Source: Tubiluchus corallicola (Eukaryota; Animalia; Priapulida). Taken from it: a stretch of DNA of 64,000 bases. Below the pieces are notes generated by a model. It did no database searches and was not told the origin of the DNA. It saw nothing but the letters and a program-made list of their open reading frames with translations. Location of the stretch: positions 2,914,001 to 2,978,000 of the forward strand of contig JAQGDQ010000002.1 of the NCBI GenBank assembly GCA_030141605.1, given 5' to 3'. Both the position numbers and the translations under genes were made by a program. Each line of letters starts with the position of its first letter. Position 1 is the first letter of the stretch. This document shows, piece by piece, positions 37,844 through 50,026 of the stretch.

Positions 37844-39914
37844 GCTTGCCTACGTACATAATAGATTCTCTACAGGGGTTGTGAATTTGTTAAGTCAAAT
37901 AAAGTAGTGAGCCTGATGAGCCTGAGCGGTCAGAGAGTGAGACCCAGAACTTATACAGGCTATTATAATACGGCGACAACCTAGCCATTGGACAGACCAA
38001 GCCAAATAAACCTGTAATGATAGCATTAAGACAAAGCTTCACTATTTTCACTTAGCTTATAGACGTTTTTGTAACAGTTAGTATAGTAAAATCATTATCC
38101 CAAATATCCTGACTTCCCGATTAAACCATTATTAAAAAAATAATAATAAAATCGCCTGGGATACTCAGAAATACAGGCCCATCCTCCCGAAAAAACTCTT
38201 CACCTCCCCCTCTCCCCTACATGTAGTAGATCAAAACTGACAATAATTCTATTTACAGTTTGGTCACCAGCACATTTAATAATTTTATTCTTTGTGTTCT
38301 CAATTGTTAAATGATTAAAACAATGATTGTGCACTATGCAGCTAGTCAAACGTTATCATAAATGCGAGTCTTCTATAGCTCTACTAAACATCACCAGAGT
38401 AAGCATAACAGACGCTATAACGTATAAAAACATTCAAAAGCTCAAGTTGCTTTCAAGAAATAAGTCTAATCAGCACAAAACCTGCCAAGCAGTTGGTTTA
38501 TAGCTTGAGTAAAATCGATGAGGAAAGCGGTAATTGGCGCGATACAAAAGCTTGTGAGATTGACCACGCCGCTTGCGCTCTGTTTTCTACCGCATAAACT
38601 TTAAAATGAAGGCAAATTATGGGCTCAGTCGATAATTTACACGTAGCTGTAACCCTCCGATAGCTACAGATTAAATACAGTAGTACTGGGCTTTAAAGAA
38701 TTTTGGTACATACGATTTGCAGTCTGTGAACTTGGAAACAAAATATATGAAGTTGGGAACCACATTTTCATTGCTGTTGTTTGACATTTAATCAACTGTA
38801 GGGAAATAGGGAAATTTATCCCTGATAAATCACGAAATACTGCGACTAGAAAATTAACACTTAGGTTCCAAGAGTACGCTAATGGTCAGCATAGTTAAGT
38901 ACAACCAAGCGACATTCGTATTAAAACTCATTTTAAGCCTTAAGCAAGGAAAAATCTAATTTCGCAACTTGTGTGTTTTGACTCATATTCCTAATTCCTG
39001 TTCCTACTTCGTTTTAGATTTTGATTGAACCTGAGAAGCTGAAAATTTTCAAACTTAACGACGCTCAGTTACCAGAAAATTTGATATTTATGTTTTATAC
39101 TATTGCGTAATAGTGAAGCATTACACATAAATAAATTGTGATGTCAATAGTGAAATAAAAAATCAGTGCAGCCTTTTGTTTACCTAGTGCTTTTGACAAT
39201 CTCTCGTTAAGGTTAACAGAGACCAAACCGCATGTTGAAATAGTAAAACTACAGTATTTTGATTTAGCCTGTCTATAACTGCTATACACTGCTCAGCATA
39301 CAGTTACCTAGGATGAATCCTAGTTAAAGTCTGTGATATGAATACGAAAGCTGCAGGGGATGATGAATTTTTAATCAGCCGACCAGAGTGGTTACATTGA
39401 CGTATGAAGCTAATATTACAAGCGTTCTTGATGTTCACATGTCACAAGCAGTTATAATAACAGGATCGGTTGTGGTAAATTTATATAATCACGCTACAGA
39501 CGCTTACATTATTAATCATGTGCGCAATGACACAACTTGTAATACTTGCTCAACCTTATATTGGTTATCCTGGAGTATACACGTGCAAAACATGCAAATA
39601 CGAATGCTTCGCTAGTTACTGCATAACGTCATCAGATAGGCCTATACCTTCCAAGTACTTATGCTACTTTTTTATTACGAGAAAAAACTACTGGTACGTA
39701 TAAATGCAGAATTGAACTTAGACTCTGCCTCCCAAATGTATATATATATATATAGTCTGCGACAAGTTTTGGGTATCATTAGCGTTTTAGATTCTTAAAC
39801 ATAAATAACATTGTTTTGACTGTAGGTCATAATTTTGGAATTATTGGAATACATTTGAATTTCGGAATATACCGAATTGTGTTTATTTAAGTACCGATTT
39901 GGTGGCAATACTAC

Positions 39915-40195
39915 CAGGGCCTATTTCAGCCTAAGCGAGGCCCGGGGAAGTGGGGTATGTGAGGCCTCCTCGGGGGGGGGGGGGTTAAGCGCAGGGGGGC
40001 GGGTGCCACCATGGTTGGCGCCCAGAAAATTTTTGAACTGCTAGAACGCCGGAGAAGCATTTTCGAAGAGAAAATACGGAGTTATACAATATGTTCGGAT
40101 AAATAAAAAAAAGTAATGTTACCTCGGCGCGAGGCCCCCCTGGAGGGTGAGGCCCCGGGGAAGTATCCCCACTTCCCCCCTTGAAATAGGCCCTG
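39915..40195. mobile_element. Young hAT-family MITE (281 bp)
   Basis: Perfect 14-bp TIR CAGGGCCTATTTCA/TGAAATAGGCCCTG; perfect 8-bp target-site duplication AATACTAC at 39907-39914 and 40196-40203; subterminal GAGGCCC repeats; GC-rich. Confidence 0.95.
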
Positions 40196-40982
40196 AATAC
40201 TACTGCATTAAAAATATTTGTAATAACTTTGTCACGCTGGACCCAAACTTTACAACTCTTGTGTTATTCATCTCTTGTATTATTCTACACCAAACTTGCC
40301 ATAGTGTTTACCGTCTGTAAGCATCACACGCAGATAAATAGCAAATGAGATAACAAGCATAATATTAGAAAAACGACAAAAGAAAAGTCAAGCACAGAAA
40401 GAAAGCATGCAAAGAATAGCCGGGAGACGAAATGCACCGCTGTGGAGTGTTCAAACAAACATCTGTTTGCTTGGAGACTGCTAGCCCTTGAAATGAAGAG
40501 AAAAGCACTTAGATTCTGTAAACATTGTAGATGGTCAAGTCAAGTGCTAGCAGTTCTAAAGAAAAAGGCCACTATATATGTGAAACTTATCACAATACTT
40601 GAGATCGGTTAGTTGGTCTTTATTGGAACATATGCTGCGACTTAAGCAGGGGCAAAATTGACTGTAACGTCATTGTAAGTGTGATGCAGAGAGGTGCAGT
40701 TCAGGTCAGGGAATTATGATATATGGAGATATTATAACGAACGTAGAGAAAGAAAGAAATAGCAATAGAGAAGAGAGAGAAAGACAGGAAGAGAGGGAGA
40801 AGGGGTGCAGTACAACAAAGAGGCTACTAAGCAAAGAAAAGTAGAGCCAAAAATAAAAATAAATGTATAACAAGATTCAGTTTTTGAAATAATCCTCTTG
40901 CCATTTTGTTTTGTTTTTTTAAAAAATATGTATAAAAAATATACTTGCGACATTTCATAATTCATAATAAACTGATTATTTA

Positions 40983-41610
40983 AGTTAGAGACACTATGTT
41001 TTGTAGTGACGACAACTTAATCTTTTGATTTCTGAGTTTTTTAATACGAGAAAAACTACATATGAAGAATGATTTCTTCAAGTGACGAAACTTCAGCACA
41101 GAAGTGTCACAACATCTACTCACCTATCAATCTTTCTTGCTGCTCACTGCTAATAAAATGCAAAACGACGTAGGGAAAGAGTTATTGATTAACTTACTAA
41201 GTAGTGGCAATATTAAAGCGCACAAACCTGTACAACACGTAGCTAACTGTACAAGATTAAGTATAGTGCAATCATGGAAAAGGGAATAGGTAATACATAC
41301 ATGCAATGTAACAACTAATTTATAAGACAGTTCATTTAATAGCAGTTTCAGACCAACGGTTAAACATTTAAATGATTTTATGACCACGTGACCTAAGCAT
41401 TTACTTTAAAAATATGAGACTAGTTAGAACGTCAAAACTATGTAATTTAGTGACTTTGAAGTTAGATACCTGACTGCCTCTACTGCTACTTTTCTACTAA
41501 AGCTTCTTCACCTGAAAAAATCATTCTTCATATGGTTGTTTCACGTAGTAAAAGAACTCGGGAATCAAAAGACTAAGTTGTCGTCACAACAAAACGTAAC
41601 ATCTCTAACT
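40983..41610. mobile_element. Long-TIR MITE, probably Kolobok-type
   Basis: About 120-bp imperfect TIRs (AGTTAGAGA...GTGACGACAACTTA.TCTTTTGATT...CATATGAAGAATGATTT.TTCA) with AG...CT termini and flanking TTAA-like sites. Confidence 0.85.
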
Positions 41611-42102
41611 TTAATAAATAGTTTGATATTTATTCCTGAAAGCATTTTCTCCTCTTATAACTTTGGAAAAGCCATGATCATTTCGAGTATTTCAGACATC
41701 TGAGACTGTGCTTCTGTGGTCCCGAAAGACCACTTACGAAGAACATAAAACGAATACAATTTAGTAGGTAAATTGATTTAGTGCTCAGTTTATAAAAATA
41801 TACGAGTATCAGGCAAAGTTATAGAGGGAATAGCGTGCAGAACAATTGTACACCTGCGTACCAGGACTAATGAAGCCAACCTGCATTCACAACGAAAGCT
41901 GACTTAAACGATGCATGGCATAATTACTGAAACAAGTTGAATAAGTGCCATACACGCCTATAAAAATTTACTATAAATAACCAAATTCACAAATTATGGT
42001 CAAGGTCAAAAGCAGAGATTTGATTTGATTGATTTACTTCTTTATTTAAAACATTCGTACAACAATGAAACTATGTACAATACCTATGCAAAATACAAAT
42101 AA

Positions 42103-42121
42103 ACACACACACGCACGCACG

Positions 42122-42157
<36 letters not shown>

Positions 42158-42165
42158 AACAAACA
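42103..42165. repeat. (CA)n/(CACG)n/(CAAA)n microsatellite
   Basis: Directly visible. Confidence 0.95.
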
Positions 42166-43111
42166 AAACAACATTACAAAAAAATTATATTTCGCTCAGG
42201 CTTCGATCACTACAACAACTGAAACGTTAAATATACAATATTTTTCTTCAAATTTTTCTTATACTTGGAGTAAAGAAAGTGTCACTCCCGAATATTGTCC
42301 GACACAACGAGTTTTCACTATTTAAAACTCTAGTGTTCAGACTGTAAACACTTTTCCAGTGGATAACATCATAATACACTAATTTGTGTGACACAGACAT
42401 ATCCCTGGCACTGTGGTCAAACTGTTAGGCGAAGAACTTGCTCACTGACGAAACCTTTAGCTTGTTCAGATTATAATTATGAAAGTGTCGCCAGGTAGAA
42501 GCTATTACAATAAGAATTAAACAGACGTGTTTCTATAGCGCTAGTACAATAGAAAATCTACTGCACAGCCTATTTGCTCTAGAGTACTACATACCTACTT
42601 GAGATGATTGTAGGTAGTACATACCTACTCTACCATCCTAGAGATGATGTGGCTAAAATATTTTTCATTTGCACAAGGCTTAATCATAGATCCAGTCAGC
42701 ATAATTGTTTCAAATTCAAAGTGGCTCGTATTAGACGGCGTTACGGTCACAAGCTTAGTTTTCTAAACATTAAACTGGTTAGGCGTGGCAGGTAAACAAT
42801 CAGCCTGAGTCAATAGTACATTTCTAAAAATTTCTATAGATAGAATCCAAAGCGATAGACCTATAATTATTTCTATCTGACAGATCTTTATTTTTGTCTT
42901 TGATAAGTGGCATAATTACTGATAACGTTAGTGAGTCTGGCAAAAAATCAGGAGTGATTACATGAGTAAAAGAACAATGCCAACAAAATAGTAACATGTG
43001 AGCGGCATTTCTAAAATGCTTTGCTTTTAGGGCGCGTGGTCTAGTGATGTATCTAATGCTAATTTTTTAATTGTTTCTTATACTTGTGCTACAAGGAAAG
43101 GAGACAAACAC

Positions 43112-43115
43112 AGAC

Positions 43116-43197
<82 letters not shown>

Positions 43198-43224
43198 GGA
43201 GAGAGAGGGAGAGAGGGGGAGAGA
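43112..43224. repeat. (AG)n microsatellite
   Basis: Directly visible. Confidence 0.97.
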
Positions 43225-44038
43225 TATACAAACAGACGTGTAGTTTCACCAAAATATCACGTGAATATTTGCTTGGAAACCCAAAGTTTTTTGTCGTTTC
43301 CATTTACTGTTGGTCGGTTGTCCTGCAGTTCTAATAGTACAACGGGTTATTAGTATAGTCGAAAAATCACAAATGATAGTAAGCAAAATCTATAACTTTG
43401 AAGTAATACACGCAAAGGAATTTACTAAAATGCTTCGCAGAACTGTACAAGAGCCTATTATAAGATTTACAATAGCTGGCATTTTATATGAACCATGAAG
43501 TCATTTACCGAGCAACCACTCAAGGTCAAAACGGTGAAGTCGTAGATCAATTCTTGTCAGTGTTGTCATATCAGTTGTGGGAAGTCGCTTGGGAGGAACG
43601 TTATTGGCTTCATTTCAGGCGCAGGATGGCTTCGTAATCCCGACTGACAGCCTTAATCAGGTTAGAAACACTCCACGTAACGAAGCGTATAGCTGTCAAC
43701 TTCTTTCAAACTACACAGGCATCATTCAAGTTCAGATCAGTTGAAATAAAGCGTCTATTAAATGATCGCGACAAGAAATTGGCTTCTGTGGAAAGTTTTG
43801 AAAAATATTAGTGAAGCTGCAAGAGCAAGTTTGTTAAAGGCTGCCTCCTTTATTGGATGCTAAAATACAATATATCTACATAAGCAGTGAAGCGACGTAT
43901 CCTAAAGTATTCAAGTGTATTTTGTTGATTTTTACATATTATTATTCTGTATCTTGTTAATAACATTTATCGCTGAAGAAGTCATGCAAAACTCTCTGCT
44001 GAACATTTGTGTTTCGACGTTTCACGTTCATTTTTCAT

Positions 44039-44935
44039 TAGGGTTTTCGAAATTCGGGACGGGATCAATGGTTCAGGATACTAACTGAGTTCTAGGTAGG
44101 AATTCTCGGGGTTCGAAATCAAGTGGTCGGGATCGGGGTTCGGGTCGGGACGAAATGTTTGGATTTCCTTATCAGAACTGTATATATAATTGTTACAAGA
44201 AAATTACAGGGCAATTCCGTAATTTTAGTTCCACTCTATTACTTACAGAATGCTGGACGAAAAAATGTTGTCTAGAATATGACCAGGTTCCACCCACACA
44301 CAAATTGCCAACTACAAAAGCATCGTGATTCTGTCAAAGACAAACATTTTGTTTGCTGTCTCTGTCAAATAGTAGCAATAAGTACATGCCTCATTTCCCT
44401 GTGGTGTCTATATAATCAAGCGTTGCACTGAGAATACACACTTCACCATAAGTAAACGTAAAGTAAACGTGACAGTAATCTTCTTGCTATGAAGCTAAAA
44501 TAACTTTTGGAAACAATAATTAGGCATAGGCTATGCTCCCACCAAAAGCATCAAGCTCACAGATATGTACGTGGCGTGAAAAGCTAATCAGTGATGTATT
44601 TTAAACTACTCACAGGACGTTTAAAAAATAGCGGTAACAAATCACGTGATTATCGTAATACAGTTACGATTAGTAAAAGCTTACGTGTTAATAATGTTAT
44701 TATCGCAAAATTTAACTGAATAAGTTGATAAATGGCTCGTTCTCATTTTTTTCATTTATCTGAATACCCTAAAGTAAACAACCTATTGTTTATCAAATAT
44801 TATAAACTTTTAGTGTTCAAGGTCGGGAGTCACGACGGAATGAGACGTTCGGGAACGAGGTTTTGGAGGGATTTTGAATGTTCGGTGTCGCGGTTGGGGG
44901 GTCGGGATCAGAACGACTCCGATCCCAAACACCAG
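44039..44935. mobile_element. Decayed hAT-like non-autonomous element
   Basis: Starts TAGGG; clusters of TCGGGA/TCGGG subterminal repeats at both ends (44054-44152 and 44822-44926). TIR is weak and no clean target-site duplication is visible. Confidence 0.5.
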
Positions 44936-47900
44936 CATACTTTTAATAGACTTTCCGTCCGACAGTGAAATTCACCAAAATCAGTAACGGCAAAGCAGCT
45001 TTGTCTTATAAGCACTCTGAGGAATGGCTTCGAAAGCTGCATTTTAGACTGACATTTTTGGCTTATTCTTTTTTTTTGGCAGAAATGAAGAGTTAAAAAT
45101 AGCAGAAACTTTAGGCTACAGGATTTCCTTGATAAATTTAGATTAACGTTTAAACTCCACAAGTACGCTACTTTAACCTTTTAATCGGAAATTACACACA
45201 CACGTTTTGGGGATTTTCATTTTCATGAATGGCAAGATGAAGCCTAACGCCACGTTCCTGCTACAGACTTCTTGGCTTCTTATCTTGTCAGCAATTTAGC
45301 TTCTTATCGTTCTAGCCTAGACGTTTATTGGGTCACAAATTCGCCGGCAATTAGATAAAGTTATTAGGGAAATTTGGTTTCGCCGTTTAGGCTGGTACGC
45401 TGCAGAATTATGACAGCTTTATACATTTGCAAAAAATAACGGACTCTAATTTCTGAAGACAGAATTTAAAAGGAGAGGCTACTTGATAAAACATCTCATG
45501 CTGATTTCGAAATTGATTTTTCTTTACCATTAATATGATAAGAATTTCTGTTCTGTTCTTTAACTCATAAAAAAATTCGTGATCGATATGGTTTAAGATT
45601 CATTCACTATTACTGAAAGTTTCTTTTGTACAAGTAACTTCATTAATTTGTAGAGAAAAATGTTCTTTTCTCCCAAGCAATAATCATTTCTCACATTAGC
45701 TCTGCCAACCGTTTCTTCTCTGGCTGTTCAGTAACGATATATACTGTCTCTGAGTTGAAGGGACTTCATTACAGTAGATCACATGTAAACATAATTAAAA
45801 CTGCCAAATTTATGTTGACGTTAAGTTAATTATTCCGGACAAATGTCTTTTATCTATTTTTTTACCTTCTATTGCAAAATAAAGAAGAACTTTTTAGACT
45901 GAATTGGCACATAGTTACAAATAGACTATATGTAGTCATTAAACAAAAGGAACATGCATTAAAATACGATAAAAAAGTTATAAAGCTCTCGGCTTATTTT
46001 TAAAAGCTAAGCTTATGTTAAAACCAAAACACTTCCAAAAACAGCAATCGTGCAAACACATGCAAGCCTCCTATCTTTAACAAACGCAGGTGTATTTGAC
46101 AGTTGCTATCGCATTTGGCTTCTTCATAGTAATTCAGCGGTTTGGCCAGCAGATTCAGGAAGGCTTTGCACAAAAGAGTGCTAAACGTAAATTCGATATA
46201 GGCATAAATATAGCTTCAAGAAAGACGCACGAAGCAATTACTGCTTGATGGAAGTTCAAACCAAAATGGACAAAACAATCAATACGACTTTGCTTAAAGC
46301 CTTAAACACAAAATGAAGGTCCAGAAAAGGTCACGTCAGAACAAAAGATCGCAAGCAGATTTCGAGAGATGGTATGGACTGGGGTTCTAGAGTGATTAAA
46401 TTTTTCTCCTAAAGTAAAAACTTCACGGCCTTCAGTCTGTTTTTTAATTTCACTGTAAGTATACAGTTTACAATATCGGCAGACGGTGTTACATCTAATA
46501 ATGCGATTAAAATTTTCAATACCTCGTTGGCAAAACAATTACTAAAAATTGCGTATACTTGAAAAGTTGATAAATAATGGGCGATTTGCTGAGTGGGTGG
46601 TATACAAGGTAATCTTTTGGTAATTGGCCAAACCTACCAGACAGGGATGCCGGATAACAATGATCTTTTGTAATAATTACAATTACACGCACTAGAGGAA
46701 ACTATTCTGGAAATACAACTGTGCGGGGCACGAAAAACTCGTTAAACACAATAATTCAACGTTTTGCAGGGAAAGTAACAAGGGCACGAATGAAATGAAA
46801 GCTATGGGTGAGCGAGGAGAGTGCGCATACAAGTACATAATGACAGCGTAATTGTACAGGACGCAGCTGAAACTGTGTATTGACGAAGCAATTAGATTTA
46901 TATTATCACCTGTTCAAAATGATAGGTATTAAACTGTTAGGCTGATGATAGCATTCATTGTTTGTGTCACCCTTGTTTATTGCGAGGTCAAAGGAAGTGA
47001 CGGGATAGAACTCATCATCACGACGTTAAAAATGAAATCATTGAAATGGCGTTACAATGCTATTCATGCATTTACTATGTAATGCGTATAAAACACGTAA
47101 AAACGTTTCGCAAGCTGATAATATATCAAAACACAATAATGGCTGTAGTCGTCTTGAAGCCGATATTTATAACATTGAATTGAAAGCATACGTGACAGCA
47201 AATTTACTAATTATGACACAGGTGTTAAAACCTGCTAAAGAATAAAAAATTGTAGAATAAAACACACATCAGTCATCAAAGTGGCTGTCAGTATTTTGAA
47301 AATTCAAACGAGAATTCGTACAGATTTCAACCTCATAGCGACAGGGCTGCCGTAAATGTACCATCTGAAAAAGGTGAATCTAATCTATAATATGGAAAAA
47401 AAACAAAAATATGCTCTTGCAACAATGACCGTTTTATTTCGATATTTCACATATTCACATTTGTGAATTCTACACTTATATTACGTTTGTGTTGTACATA
47501 GTTATACTGCTACGCAATAATAACGGCATAAAAACAGCTGTAAATGTGAACGCGTCATTGTTGGCATGGCTACCACCTATCGAGTGATCGGGTTTTCAAA
47601 TCCGTACACCAGATTCAGAATTGGTTCGCAATTTTTGTCACATCATTTCTTTAACATATATTAGCTATTAGTTTAAATCGAATCTATTAAAAACCGTTAG
47701 GTTAATTAATTTCTGCGTTACAACAGTTACTATCCATTAGAGAGCTCTTACTAACTAATTATCTAATTAAATAATTAATTAATTAATTTTCAAATCAGCA
47801 AACATGATATGTCGCATATGTGGTGTACTTCATTGAAGGATTCGCAAAACATATGGATTAGTAATCACATTAACTTCCCCAACACGACTATTGTATTAAA

Positions 47901-49870
47901 GCTATAGGTTTATCGAACCACAGGTTGCTAGGGCGTCACTTTTCAAACCTACAGGTGTAATGAAATCCTACCTGAAGCTAATGCACCAGAAAGAACCAAC
48001 CTGCTGAATGCCGGTGATTAATTATTAAATTGTTAAGATAGATAAAATAAGGTAGCATTGTCCGAACATGCAGAACATATAGGTACCACTACAGGTTAAT
48101 AATGCGTCGAAGACACTTATATGATTCTAGCAGATTTTTTTATATTTGTTTTGAAGTATAAAACTGTTTCAAGTGCTTGAAAGATAGAAAATCCGTGTCT
48201 GCAAGACGGCTCAGGTGCCAAAAAGTCTCATCCCCGAATACTGCAAGCTTTAACCACAGCATGTTGTGAGAAAAAAGAATTCCTTTCAGAAGGGAATGAA
48301 ATACTGCATGGGACGAACAAGCAATTATCGTAAAACAACTCGAGCAAAAGCAATAAAAACATCATGCAGGTAAAAGCGACTGAGTCGCTTCCAAGATTAA
48401 TCATGTTTAACACCCTGTCACGGTGACGGTAGAACAGGCAGCCTGTACGTGAAGCAGAGATATGCCACACCCTTGCCTGAGATTATTCCATCACAGGTTG
48501 TAAATCTCAAACTTGATATTGAAGTCCTACATTACCTGAGCCACCGCAACATACATAGCCGCAAGGTGGGCAGATGAGGAAGCAGACAATGCACAGGTGC
48601 GAATAATACACCTGTTCGGTGTTTTATTATAAGTTTATAGCACTTTCAGCAGAGGACGAGGACAGACACGTTACTGTGTGCGGTACAGCCATAATATCAC
48701 TCTGTGTATTATTCTGCTACAAAATTACGAATGAAAAGAGGACAATACCAGATAGTTCTTAAGTAAATGTGTACACTTTTACATACAATAAAAACGATGA
48801 TATACCTATTTAAACAATGTTGATGAAACCATCGATGATGGCACTGCTGATATCGAAGGCCTCAAAATATACAAATAACGACAACGTCAAAGACGATAAC
48901 ACAAAAAGCTGGTTGACTAATAGTTTTTATTTTGGACTGGCTGTAGTATACACACCTTTTAAGTCTTGTGTTGCGAGTCGAGCGATTTTAATCTCTCAGT
49001 GGTGATAATCATTGTTTGTTCAGGTATTAGTTAGTATTGATATTACTTAAAAGGGTAAAGAACCAGCGAACTACAATGTGCTCAGCTGACAGTATGCAAA
49101 CAAGGTTAGTTTCAAAATTTGTTCGTTCACATCAGTTTTCCCTTCCCAAGCATAATTTCCATGTCAACGACTTCAATGTTGGAACAGCAGCACTTTATGT
49201 AGCTTTTAGCTGGAACATTTTTTACTTAACTTTGCAATGCTGAGTAATTGCGTATTACGTAGACTTGGGAATAGTTAAACCATATAGACGCAGTCCCAAA
49301 AGTTTATCAACGATTTCTTATTGTACTGAGAACATGTAACTATGTGGTCACTATGGGTGAGATGGTGTTTCATCTTTGGATAAAGCATGCTGAAGCTGTC
49401 GTTAAGACACTAGCAGTCCAGGAATATGCTCACATCAGTAGATATTCCAAAATTCCAATCCAAGGTGCACAGTCTATCTGTGGCTGCATGCCTGCATGTC
49501 AACAATGGCCCAGCATGGCCCAGCCGGAGCAGATGAACATTCTTAGCAACAATTAAAGAGACGGAGATGTAATTGCTGTATAGTACCAAGAACAAAGAGC
49601 AAAACTCCGCTACCCTGTGAATTTCTAGGAGGAACAACTTCCGTACATTTTCTAATTAAATTCGTTAAATTTGAAGGGAATGTATACATAATTCATTAGC
49701 AGTATTTCAGCATAATATGATAAAATAAAACACTACAAAGCCGCATAACCGCCTATAGAAGAAAAGACAAGTTAATAATATTTTCATCAGCTTATGTAGT
49801 ATTATGTATGGATAATTATTACTTAGTAATATTCTGTTTTATTGTAAGTAACGGTGTGATAAAGTATATC

Positions 49871-50026
49871 TGCGAAAAATTTGTATGAGACAAACAAAAA
49901 CGGCGACGCTTATCTTTACTGTATTTACAAACTTCATTGTAGCTGGTGTGCGAAAATTTTGTATGAGACAAACAAAAACGGCGACGCCTGTCTTTACAGT
50001 ATTTACAAACTTCATTGTAGCTGGTT
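49871..50026. repeat. 78-bp tandem duplication (2 near-identical copies)
   Basis: Units start at 49871 and 49949: TGCGAAAA.TTTGTATGAGACAAACAAAAACGGCGACGC...AAACTTCATTGTAGCTGGT. Confidence 0.95.

Noticed and set aside
37913-37943. CTGATGA plus hairpin as a hammerhead or tRNA-SINE head
   Set aside because: GAAA core absent (GAGA), no stem I or III, and no B-box.
43030-43047. tRNA-like A-box GGGCGCGTGGTCTAGTG
   Set aside because: No B-box or cloverleaf downstream.
45017-45039. CTGAGGA...GAAAGCT hammerhead-like motif
   Set aside because: Cleavage position is G and stems I and II do not pair.
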